From NCBI GenBank assembly GCA_000708835.1, contig DF237164.1, positions 74,226 to 138,225 on the forward strand: a DNA stretch of 64,000 nt, written 5' to 3'. Numbering within the stretch: position 1 is the first letter of the stretch; each line of letters starts with the position of its first letter. A program made the position numbers and the translations under genes. The notes below the pieces were generated by a model that was not told the origin of the DNA, did not search any database, and saw only the letters and a list, made by a program, of their open reading frames with translations. Origin of the DNA: Klebsormidium nitens (taxonomy: Eukaryota > Plantae > Klebsormidiophyceae). Shown in pieces: positions 17,801-29,430 of the stretch.

Positions 17801-20800
17801 CAGCAGGTACGGGATTGGGAGTTTTGTGTTGGGTTCGTCTGTTGATTTGAGGACTCTGTTGGGGTGCTCGAAGGGAAGGAAAGAAGCTGTTCCAAGGGGT
17901 GCTATCAGCAAGTCAACGTCTCTTCTCTCTCTGTGTTGCTGGATAAGAGGAGCGACTGAGATTGGGGCTCGAGGAAGAGAGGGGGCCAGCGTTCTGCTCG
18001 AAACGATGAAGGACCTTAGAAACGAAGAGGGACCAGCATTCCGAGAGGTATATATCCGACGATTGTTGTTTGTGAGAAGTTTTCTGCGTTTGTGAGAAGT
18101 TTTTTTGCGTTCGCCCCGCCCTTCGTCTTGTAAGATCAGGTGTTATACTGCCTCTTGCAGGAGTTGTAGGATGAACTATGAGACGGGGTACGGAAATCTG
18201 GAATTCTCATTCAAGGGGGATGGCGCTCTCAATCTTTTTAAGCGCCATCTTAAAAGCCTATGCATATTGAATCAAACCTGCAAGCATTCAACGGAGCGAC
18301 CAGCAAGGGGGCTTGAAAGAAACTGGGGAAAGGCTTGGACAACCATCTTCTTCGGTTGCAGCTTTGTCAACCACTCGTGATCAAGTACTTTACTTTGCCA
18401 AGGAGTCGAACTCTCGGAAACCACAAATCGTGGTATCAAATACTGCAGCCAGATCCGGGAGTCTTCTGTTCCTTTCTATCTTCCCGAATTGAAAAGGCCC
18501 TGTTTTCGCCCGCGCAGGAGCTTGCCCAGCTGTCCACCCAGTTCTCCAACAACCTCCTCGACGCCACCAAGGCCTACAAGAAGCTCCTTACAGACCCCGC
18601 CGAGATCAACGGCCTCCCGCCGTCTGCGCTCGGTCTCGCCGCGCAGACCGCCGCCGCAAACGGGCACGAGAACGCGACTGCAGGTTTCTTCCGTTTCTCT
18701 ACTTTGTTGTTCTTATAATGCCGCGTCGTATTTTACAACACCTTCATCTTTACACTCTCTGTGCTTGCACCTGTATCCACCTCCTGCACTTTGCCAGGTC
18801 GTTTACGATCTGTTTCTGCGTGTTCCTTGTGTTTTGTATTAGATTCATTACCACCGGGTTTGTTTAGCCCGATCCAATTTGAGTTGGAAAAAGCACGTTG
18901 TGCATGTGAAGCCACTACTCTGTACTGTGTGCGCTGATTTCCGTGGGTAGTTGTGCCACTTGACCGCCATCTCACAAGCGTCTTCGTTGCTCGCGCAGAA
19001 TCGGGTCCCTGGATGTTCACGCTCGACATGCCGAGCTACGTCCCGGTTCTACAACACGCGAAGAACCGCGCGCTGCGCGAGGAGATGTACCGCGCGTACT
19101 TGACGAGGGCCAGTACCGGGGACGTTGACAACACGCCGATCATCGAGAAAATTCTGGCGCTCAAGAAGGAGAAGGCGCAGCTGCTAGGGTTCGAGTGTCA
19201 CGCTGACGTCAGCCTGGCGACCAAGATGGCAACGCTCGAGCGCGCGCAGGGGCTGCTGGAGGAGCTGCGCGCGGCGTCCTGGGATGCGGCGCTCAAGGTC
19301 AGTCCTAACCCCGCTTCTTAACCTTTAATTTAAAGTGTCAGATTTGCTCTCTAGTTTTTCCCGGTCATAGGTTAGTGAATGCTTTCGCAGTCGAAGTGCG
19401 GCTTCGAGGGGCTGTATGCGGGATGCGGCGGTCGAGGTTAGACCTGAGACCTGCCGTTCGGGTCGGTGTTATCATACCTTTGTGGTCGATTGCCGCAAGA
19501 CCTTTTGTTAAGTCTCTGCGTGACGGAAGCCATTCCGTTCGTCACGTCTGACCCTCTTTTGATTTGGATTAGTAAGCCACTCAATCTCTCTTCCGCTGGC
19601 GTTCGACTGCTTGTCCTCAGCTTCTCTCGTCTTATCCTTAGTTGAATTAACCATAGCGAGGCCGGCCTTCTTTGCCCTATCCCATTTGCATATCTGTAAC
19701 CATAGCGAAGCGAGGCCGACCAAAGCATGCGACGTGTTGCAAAGGTGCAGCTTCAGGTGCGAATACAATGGAGCAGCTGACTTCTGGTGGCCTTTCTAGT
19801 GATGATCTTGAGTCCAAGGAAAGAGTTCCTTCTCGGTCTACGAATTGTTAAATTGACGCAGTTCGCTTTCCGTATAGACTATTTGGTTCCGCTTCTGCCT
19901 TTTGAATGCCTTCCTCGTAGAGCGATGATTCCTCTCACATAATCATAAGATCCATCAAAGGAACTTTTTCTTCTCCTACTATCTTTCTGCGGCTTGACCA
20001 ATGCCGTCCCTCCACGTTGAAGGACCTGGAGGACCTGAAGGCGTTCGCGGCTGAGTCGGGCGCGCCCGAGGGGAGCGATCTGAAGCACTGGGACATCACG
20101 TATTGGGCGGAGCGCTTGCGGGAAGCCAAGTACAGCATCAACGACGAAGAGTTGCGGCCGTACTTCGCTCTGCCGAGCGTGCTGGAGGGCATGTTTGGGC
20201 TCGCGCACAAGCTGTTTGGGGTGACGGTCGAGGCAGCCGACGGAAAAGCGCCGGTAAGTGCTTTCTTAATCACTGTCCTATGAAACTTTCCACGTCTGAG
20301 GTTCGATGTTGTGGGACTTTTTCTGAGCTGCTGAGCGTGCTGGAGGGAATGTTCGGGCTCGCGCACATGCTGTTTGGGGTGACGGTCGAAGCGGCGGACG
20401 GAAAGGCGCCGGTGAGTGTTCATTAAATCACTGTTCAGTAAAACAAATTCTTTTATTCATTCTTGCGACTCAGGGTCGTAACTGTCGCACTGCCGAGCGT
20501 GTTGGAGGGCTTGTTTGGGCTCACGAACAAGTTGTTTGGGGTGACGGTCGAAGCAGCGGACGGGAAGGCGCCGGTAAGCTGTCCGGGGTGTCGGTTGAGC
20601 GGCCCCGGCATTATAGGGTGTTGACTGTGATTGTATAGCTTCAATTTGGTACAAACAAGCCCACGAGACTTTCTCCGTAGGTGTGTATCAATCACCTCCG
20701 CTTCTTTTCCTCACCCGGCCTCGTTTCCAAGACGCTCCAACCCCCATACATTCTGTACATCAGGCCGAATTGCGGTGTAAAATGTTGGCAAGTTTGTTCC

Positions 20801-23800
20801 AGGTTTCCCAAAAAAGGACTTTCGCTTCGTCCAACTCACCGGCCTCGTTTTAGACGCTCCAAATACCGTAACCCAGATAGCTGAGATGCGTTTCAAACGA
20901 CTGGCAGCACTTGTGTTCAGGTCTGGCACAAGACGTTTGCTTCTTCCAACTCACCGGCTTTGACCTCAAAAAAGTCGTGCTAACCGGATCTGCTGGAATA
21001 CGTGACCAGAGTATTTACGAACGACTCATCATTTTCTTGTTTCAGGTCTGGCACAAAGACGTGCGCTTCTTCCAACTCACCGGCCCCGACTCCAAGCCCG
21101 CCGCCTACTTCTACCTCGACCCCTACTCCCGTCCTGCCGAGAAGCGGGGGGGTGCTTGGATGGACGAAGTGCTAGGGCGGAGCAAGCTTCTGGCCCCCCC
21201 GGGAGAGTCAGTCCGGTTACCGGTCGCCCATATGGTGTGTAACCAGACGCCTCCGGTCGGCGACCAACCGAGCTTGATGACGTTCCGGGAAGTCGAGACG
21301 CTCTTCCACGAGTTTGGGCATGCGTTGCAGGTGGGTGGTTTGACTTACGACGTTCCTTTCTTGGGTTTGCCCTAAATCTTGAACGGTGTTGTTTTGCTTC
21401 TGGCGTTCGTGTTTCTTGGAAAAGCGTTCCTAAGTTAATTCTAGGATCTAGTCATGCAGGACTCTTGAGCAGGAAGCTGGGGGCTGCGAACTGGCAGCCA
21501 TTCGAAACGCCGAAAAGTCTGCTGGGAATATCGTGTCTCTTGGTTGGACATCGCTCTGACGCTAAACCAGTTCTAACTGCCCGGCCGCACTTGTTCACTC
21601 AGCAATACGAGGGCTGCATTGATTGCAGAAGAGACAAATTCTGTCTGTTGTAGAACCTCTCACAAACCTTGAACCAAGATCTTTCTTTCAGCCGCGACTC
21701 TGCTGCTTATTTTCGCAACATATGCTGATTCGCCATGGAGAGGCTTTGAATGCTGGCTGTTATAGGTTGTCTGCTAGAACCTGAAAAGTCTGGTACATAC
21801 GGATCGAAACGTCTTCCAACGGGACATGCTCAGCTATCTTGCTGCAGCCATTTCTGCGTGAAAGATAACGGTCGCACTTGAGGGCTATCAAAGCAAAAAC
21901 CCGAAATGTTCATTCCTTCTCTGACCTGGAAAAAGGAGAGCTTCATCGAGGGCTTAAGTGAGACGTAAGTCAGTTAAGTTACGTCAGTGAATCTAATCAA
22001 TGTCAGCCAAGACCAGTTAAAATCAGTAAAAGTCTACGAAGTTGGATGAAGTGAAGTGACACTTGGAACGGACTCTCTCTTCCCCACAGCACATGCTAAC
22101 CCGGCAAGACGAGGGCTTCGTCGCGGGTATCCGCAACGTGGAGTGGGACGCCGTCGAGCTGCCGAGCCAGTTCATGGAGAACTGGTGCTATCACCGGGCG
22201 ACGCTCATGGGCTTCGCGCGCCATTTCGAGACGGGGGAACCGCTCCCCGAGGACATCTACAAAAAGCTGGTGACGGCCCGAACGTTCCGGGCGGCCAGCC
22301 AGATGATGCGCCAGGTAAGTAATGGACGTTTTTCGGATGATTGACTTGGTTAGTGCTTGGTTATGGTAACCGCTCCCCGAGGACATCAACCAGAAAGCTG
22401 GTGGCGGCACAGACGTTCCGGGCGGGCACTCAAATGATGCGCCAGGTGAGCGCTTTTACTTTTTTGGTATTCTTCTGCTCTGTCAGTGAATAGATTGTGC
22501 TCCGCAAATCCAGAGAGAAGGCGTATGGAAGTTGATTTGTTGCTAAAGTTCAGCGCGTCGCATCAAGGGAGCTTGACGCTTTCAGGACATGCAGAACAGG
22601 CTACTATGGATATGCGGTCCCGACTTCGTGGATTCACGATGGGGCCTACTCTTTGGTGGAAGCCAAATTTGTGACCAGGTCGTCTGCTTGTATTCCCTGT
22701 AATGACGTTCGTGACTATTCTGACTGGCACGGTCCGTTGACCGCGCTTTCCTCGTCCAGGTCCATTGCGAGATTGTGCGGCCAGCAAGCTTTTGCAAAGT
22801 CCGTCTGGCAAAGTTCGTTGATCGAAGACTGTCCCGCCTTGTTAAGCCTAATGTTGCGAGAAAACATGCGTCTGATTGACGTCAAGCCTTCCTTTATTTC
22901 CCCCCGTCCACAGCGGCGTCTAGCGGCGCCTCACACAAAGTCCTCTCCCGCCTTTCCGCTTTCTTGACGACCAAACATCTCCCCCCCTCTCCCATTTCAA
23001 TGGCTACTCACAGCAAATCCTTCCCCCGTTGCAGATCCACTTCGCTTCCGTAGACCTGGACCTCCACTCCCGTTTCGCCCCAGGGGGGTCCGAGTCCGTC
23101 TTCGACGCCGACCGTCGTATCGCCCAAAAGACGATGGTCATGCCCCCCCTTCCGGAAGACCGTTTCCTCTGCGGTTTCGCCCACATCTTCGCAGGGGGTT
23201 ATTCTGCCGGTTATTACAGTTACAAGTGGGCCGAGGTTTTGTCCGCTGACGCCTTTTCGGCGTTCGAGGAAGTGGGGCTGGAAAACGAGAAGCGGGTGCA
23301 AGAAACCGGGCGGCGGTTTGCGGAGACGGTGCTGGGGTTGGGCGGCGGGAAGGCGCCGCTGGAGGTGAGAAGTTGTTGACGAACTCGGTGTTGGTTTCCA
23401 GTAACTCAATTTTGGTTTCCAGTATCTCGGTTTTGGTTTCCAGTAAGCTGTGTTCCCCTGATTCAAAGCAAGATCTACCTCAATAATAAACACATTCCTG
23501 CTGATACGGAAACTGACCCTGGTTCTAAAGAGATTGCGTAGCGTCGAATTGGACGGTTCAAAACATATGAACAGGTTTGGACGGAGTGCTATGTCATTGA
23601 CGGGAGCTTCCCCCGTCAGTTCCAACTCGCCCACCGTTTCGGTCACAGTTTTGGGAGCTCACAAGGACTTATGGTCCTCTGAGCAGGCAACCTTCGCAGA
23701 TTGCGTGTATCTAGAAATAGCTGCGCTGCTGTCCCGGCGTGTTTGAAGCTGCCAACAGTCGATGCGAAATGATCTTGAGCTAAGTATGTCGGAATTCGAT

Positions 23801-23976
23801 TGCAGTGCTCATGCACGCGAAGTTTGGATGCGTTCTTTACGTTTCCCTAAGTCTTCCAAATCAGATTAAGCTCTCGTGTTTTGGCGATGCAGGTGTTCAA
23901 GGAGTTCCGGGGAAGAGAGCCGTCGACGGAACCGTTGCTCCGACATAGTGGACTGCTGGCAACAGCGACTGCATAA
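14804..23976 (+). CDS. OOP: Organellar oligopeptidase A (M3A zinc metallopeptidase) with N-terminal transit peptide
   Basis: Exons 14804-15211, 16097-16264, 17606-17806, 18518-18683, 18999-19297, 20023-20253, 21046-21330, 22090-22314, 23035-23364 and 23893-23976 join in frame. Motifs: [32 protein letters not shown] (HExxH), [47 protein letters not shown]. Confidence 0.95.
16560..17680 (+). repeat. Degenerate tandem array of the OOP exon 3 acceptor plus exon start (about 7-8 units)
   Basis: cag|CCGGAACGAG...AAGCCCATC-like units have acceptors at about 16734, 16824, 17088, 17273, 17452 and 17605 (the functional one), plus a partial unit near 16990. Each is preceded by a gggccytgtt-like motif. 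Confidence 0.85.
20165..20580 (+). repeat. Three tandem copies of the OOP exon 6 3' end plus donor
   Basis: About 88-bp unit encoding [28 protein letters not shown]. Donors follow 20253 (gtaagt), 20411 (gtgagt) and 20573 (gtaagc). Confidence 0.95.
20670..21100 (+). repeat. Four tandem copies of the OOP exon 7 acceptor plus exon start
   Basis: ag|GTCTGGCACAAAGACGTGCGCTTCTTCCAACTCACCGGC-like units have acceptors ending at 20680, 20802, 20920 and 21045 (functional). Period is about 122 bp. Confidence 0.9.
22240..22452 (+). repeat. Duplicate of the OOP exon 8 3' end plus donor
   Basis: ACCGCTCCCCGAGGACATC...GATGCGCCAG|gt occurs twice; donors follow 22314 and 22445. Confidence 0.9.
23395..23447 (+). 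repeat. Three-copy minisatellite (about 21-bp unit containing TTGGTTTCCAGTA) in OOP intron 9
   Basis: The unit can be read directly three times in a row. Confidence 0.8.
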
Positions 23977-25774
23977 ACCTGCTGTTAGTCAAAGACAGTC
24001 TATGTATGTTCTAGGTTTTAGGGGCGATCTGCCGCTGTTGTTAGACACGCTACCACAACCCGACCTCTTAATTGGACGCTTGACTGGAGAAAACCGGCAC
24101 TTGCATGTATGAAATGTCATTCGCGCCTGGCCGTTCTCTCATGTACAGACTTCGATTGTATTGTGAGACAAGGAATTAGCGCCATGCGAGTTCTAGTTGT
24201 ACTCCCTGCAAGATGACCTGAGCGATTGAACCTGGCAACGTATTCCGTGACAGAAGTTATCGTCGAGTTAACCTCATCTCCCGTTAAAGCGGGCCGGTTG
24301 ACTATGTCCACATGGTTCCTTAGTCTCGTCGAACGCCCAGATCTAATTTTGCGCATGCTCGCCCGCTTCACGTTGCGCCTTAATTAGGAGTTTACAGCAT
24401 CGAGTGCGTTATTTCAGGGTAACTGAACACGTTTGCGGCCGCCGCCGGAGCCACAGCGGTACTACCTTGTCCAAAGCGGTCCGAAAGAATCAGGCTGTCG
24501 ATCGCAGATCGACTTAAGCTATGACGTACTGTCACGCCTGACTTGCATGTCGACCATTTGTTTATCCTACCTCCCACCCTGGATCATGTCCCAACGAACG
24601 GGCCCTTATACTTTAACGACGTTCACATTTGCTTAATTCGATAAGTTGTAAGGGAGGGCTCTCTCCTAAACGACAGGTCCTATGGATCTTCTTGAAAGAG
24701 AGCAGCGCGTGCACCTGCCAGGTGGAACCTACTGTAGACGGTCTAGGTTGGGCCGCCATCACGAATGTGTTCTTCTAGCGTTCGTTACATTCAACCAAGC
24801 AACGACCCGGCGCACTGGCTATGCCTCAACTTGGTGGCTTCTGTCCAAGTCGATCCGGTTTCTTGGTCTCGCGGGCCGCTGCAAACCAGGGTAGCCACAT
24901 GCAACTCTTCTCGCATGCATCTGGTTTAGAATCCTCTTGACTCGATCGGCGGCAGTGCCAACATATGCTGCACTTGCATAGCCGGGCGAGTCAGAGCCAA
25001 CAGCAACCACCGTTGTCTTGTATCAAACAGCATGCTTGTAGGTACATGGTTGGTCAAGGTGTTGCCCAGGGCCATTCAACATTCTGCATCGCTTTAGGAA
25101 TCTTATTCCGACAGCAGCGTATCACTTTCCAGATTTCACACTCGTACGAAAGATGTCAAGTGTATAGAAGACGGTACATGCAGGAGTGTTTCTGGTCTCT
25201 AACGACTCAATCTGCAACGGTTTGCATTTGCAAGCGAACAACCTCCACTACGTTACCATTTCTGAGAGTACTTAGTACGTACAAAAGATCCATCTCCTTC
25301 CAGATGACAACGAACGTCTCCTCCATGTATCCTAAACGTATCCCGATCGTCAAGAGCGTCGTCCCAAACATGCATGTGCTCAGCTTGCGCCTGGTTGGCG
25401 CCGCCTACATCCTTGTGATGCTACGTACTCTCAGAAAGCGTGAAGAAGAAAGTCCCATCGGAGTTACGTCAAGAGAACAGCCGAAGAGCAACAGAGGTGG
25501 CGCAATCCATATGGGAGCAGAGTCGTTTCAACAGATGTACGCACCTATGAGTTCCGCCAGCGGCTCCAACAGTTGCGCAGCTTAAGCAGCACTGCGAGCA
25601 GAAAGAAAACAAGTTACAGGGAATCTACGAGATGCAAATAAATCCTCATCAAGGCCCCGTGTGAACAACGTATGTACCTCTGCTTGTCAGCTTCACTTTC
25701 TAGATTTCTATATATCTCTCGACGAGCTTCTTCGTGACGTCAATCGTCCGCACCTTCCAGCTCGCTATGCATAC

Positions 25775-27552
25775 CTTTCTCAATGCAATCAGGCTCGTCC
25801 TTCTTCTCAAACGCAGCCTTCTCCAATTCTTCATGTCTTCTCATGAGATGGGCGTACTTGATCTCTACTGCACAAAGAGGAAGTCTGTTGATGTTGGAAA
25901 CGGGAAAAAAGTACCTCCTTCGTCTTAGAAACAGTGTCCTGCAGTCAAGTCATGTAGGAAGACCTACTCGGTACCTGAACAATTGCCTATCCGCACAAAC
26001 CTTTCGGTATAAACTGCCTGACCGAAAGACTCAGACTCATAAAATTTGAAAACGAAAGGAGATAGGATGGCGGCATAGCCTTTCCAGGGATACAGTTCAA
26101 ATAGGAAAAACAGGACGAGAAAGTGGGGAGAGGCGAGAGTGCTAGATGATATAAGAATCTGAAGTGCTGGAAAATCTGCCAAGCTGTCATGAAGGGAGAA
26201 CGCTTGGTCTTTTCTACGGCACGAGTGATTTGGATGACGGTTGCCTTGACGAAATATGATGAGCAGCAAACGAGACGGGCTGGGCAGAAGAGCGCGATGG
26301 AAATAGGGTAACAGAAATGCCATCCCTCCGACCGGCGTCTGGGTGGGAAAAAGGAAGGGCACTCCGTCACATTAGTTTGGATCCTCAGTGCAACAACCAG
26401 TCGGAAGCATTCAGCAGCTTTTGAGCAGGCTGGAAGAGACGCATAAAATACTCACATTGTGAACGTGGACGCACGTTTTCACCGGCGCGCCCCGTTCTGC
26501 CCGAGCATTCGTGTTGATGCTGGACTTTCCCTGTCGATTGGACGAGGTCGAGTGTGTCAGAAGCCGATGACTGGAACGATCGGAGACGACAGCTAGCATG
26601 GTGGCCCGCTTCCGAAGGCTGGACAAAGGTCCAAAGAAGAGTCTGAACTTGCTTATACACGTAAGTTTTGGCTTTTAACCAGGCTGATTAGCAGACTGAG
26701 TCTCAGGTTATTGAACAAACAACTCGGCTTAACATTGTTACGGGGCTGGTTAAAGCCCATGTCTGTTTGCTGGACATATAACCATTCTCTGACCAGCCAT
26801 AACCAGCCCCTAACCATCCATGGTTTACAGCTAGAAACTTCTCTGTTACTATGTACGAAAGGCACTAAGATGCTCGAGAAGCGCAATACCTTCATGAAGC
26901 TGGCTAATGCAAGAGACTCGCAGCCTTTATTTTGCTTGAGCAACTTAGTGGGACGACAACGTTGAATCAATCCTGATGCCATGGAAAGTTACAAGACAGC
27001 AAGTCAACACCTACCTATAGGATTAGACCGGGGGCAGCAAGGATTGCAAATCCGTCCAAATAGGAACAACCTCAGTGATGACAGCGGTGTTCTGCTTTTG
27101 ATGAGGGCACGAATCGAAGGCCTTTGATTGGAAGCCATCTCTACCTCACACGCACATTTGGAGCTTACCAGAATCTTCTCCCGGCAGGTCGATTCGTCTT
27201 GCAGTCCGACCGAATTGTCTCCTGAATCTGCGGTACTAGGCCCCCCGGGGCCATTGGTGGCCTTATCCAACTCCTCTGGGACTGCCTGGAAACCAAAAGA
27301 CTATGAATAAGGTCAGCATGTCAAAGGTCTGCTGGCCAAGAAGAGGTTTTATAAGGTCAGGAGTACAGGTCACAACAAGAAAGAAGTGCCACAGTGTTCA
27401 ATGGATGTTGAACATGCTTGGAGCAGCAGAGAACATCAAACTGAGGTCTGACAATCTGGTAGGAATCATGACACAAGGAGTTAGATCACCTCGAATGGAA
27501 CCTAGAACCGTCAAAACAAGCATACCTGAGGATGAGCTTTGGATCTGCTCAT
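25775..27552 (-). CDS. Hypothetical spliced gene B, unknown function, 3' end unresolved
   Basis: Phase-compatible exons 27552-27526 (MSRSKAHPQ), 27285-27169, 26618-26456 and 25867-25775 (LEIKYAHLMRRHEELEKAAFEKKDEPDCIEK). Donors are gtatgc, gtaagc, gtgagt and gtatgc, with pyrimidine-rich acceptors. No family recognised. Confidence 0.4.
26676..26826. mobile_element. Small, imperfectly palindromic MITE-like element with a second partial copy at 39784-39850
   Basis: 26676-26704 matches 39784-39812 at 28 of 29 bases, and weaker similarity continues about 30 bp. The right half of the 26.7 kb copy loosely mirrors the left half. Confidence 0.45.
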
Positions 27553-29430
27553 AGCAGAATGCCAAGCAGTGCAAATCCTAGAAGTGCAAAGCGCGGTTGC
27601 ATGCCTGGATCCCAATCGACCTTGGAGGCGGCATCCCTGCCCGCTCTGCGCGAGAAGAGTGATATCGACTCCAAGCTCACACGAGAGTACCGGTACTGGC
27701 AATCTGCTCTTGCTGAGGGCTTCCCTTGATCTGCAAAAATAGAAGCAAGAAGCACTGACTAGGCCAACCGCGACGTGCATGAGACTGGATCTTTGACTGC
27801 CTGTCGCATAGTGCTAGACTGCACGCATAGCTAGCTAGCGGCCCGGCGGCCGGCCGGCTGGCGGGCGGCGGCTCGACGGCGTCGCGTGCGGGCAGCGAGC
27901 GGGTTTACCGCGGAGGCTTTATAATCAGGGTTTCAATCGAATTTGTACGAAGTTGGTTAAGAACGTAACCCTTGAAAGAGCCCTGCCCTTCTTACCTTTC
28001 CTCCTTAGCTGTAGCCTATTGGGCGGTGCTTTCTTCTACGATTGTTGCTGTAGGTCACGTTCGCTGACCGAAACCACCAAACAACAGCTTACATGCTCAC
28101 ATGCATATGCAATTCCATTCGACACGCACTATCTTAAATCTTGGACCAGCAGTCAGAATTGCTGGTCGCCAACAGGTCTGGCGGGCCGAGACCGCTGCTG
28201 GCTGGCAACTGTAGCAGTCTGGATACGCCATGCACAATGGGTACTGCTTGACCGCGTCCAACTCGCTTCAGCTCTATAGGTCGACATTCCTTGAATTGAT
28301 GCACGTGGGCCCCGGATGCTCATGGGCTCCCCTCCTTTCGACGCAAGGCCGCGGACACTACTCGCAGAAAACACGTGTACTCACCAGAAATAGATCTATT
28401 TGCACTCCCCGCCACATGCCACGAACGTACGTATTTCAGGTGAGGCCTCAGAACCTTCAAGGGCTGGACTTCTCTAAACCGTGTCTAGTCATTCAAGGTC
28501 TTTCGCACAAGACATCATGTAAGTGAATGGATTTCACGGTCGTCCAGCGCCAGAAGCTGATTCACCGTCTACATGTTCAATCAGTCAAACAGAAACCAGG
28601 TTGAGACGCAATCAAGTCCCCTATATAACGTTTACTATAATAAGAGTCGACCTTTGTGACGTGTCCTTTGAAAGTAGTATGGGTCTATGTCCTGTTGTAG
28701 TTGTTGCATTTTGCCGTAAAGACAGCTCCCCTACTGTACGCATCTCGGACTCTGACTTTTGCCAAACGAGCCAAAGAAAACGACCCAGTCATCAATAAGC
28801 CAATCTAGCTCGAAGATCAACCGGTTCGCCGCATATCCAAGCCGTTTGAACAGAGCTTCGGGATCTGCAACGCAGACGGAGGGGCATGTTAAAGAAGTAG
28901 TTGCCTGTAAGGACAAAATTGCATGCAAACGTTCCGGTGGACAGCGGACAAGGGATGCTCTCAGGCCCTTCGAAAGAGCACAAAGGGGTTCGTTCGCCGA
29001 GCTCTTTGCAACCTCAATCTTCTACCAGATCGTCAGAATGATAAAGAAGATGGACGACAAATTGCAAAAGTGGCCAACCGATGCATTTCTGGGAACAATT
29101 CAATGATCCAGCATACGTTGAATGTACTTTACCAGGTTGGCTCTGGAGAAGTGTTGCATAAACGACGCTAGATACATCAAGAAGCTCTGTTCCAGCTTCA
29201 TTGTAAGGAGACAAAAGATTCGCACATTAAGAGTGCTTTACGATCTATGGTTGTGGCTCTTCGCTCCAATCGAAGAATCTGGATCGCTTCAAAGACTTTC
29301 ATCTACCAAACAGCAAATGTAACGCTTGGGTTTTGCAAACGAAGGACCGGTTACAGCTTATCTACTTGATGAAAGCAATCGAGGGAAGTGAAAGATCCAC
29401 AGAGTTACCGGAGTTGATAGCAAAGCTTAC

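Noticed and set aside
24965-25585. 206-aa plus-strand ORF
   Set aside because: It has no recognisable motifs, atypical composition and no splice or start context.
27826-27870. GC hairpin plus CTAG on the minus strand as a Helitron 3' end
   Set aside because: The expected T after CTAG is absent, and no 5' TC end or Rep/helicase remnant was found.
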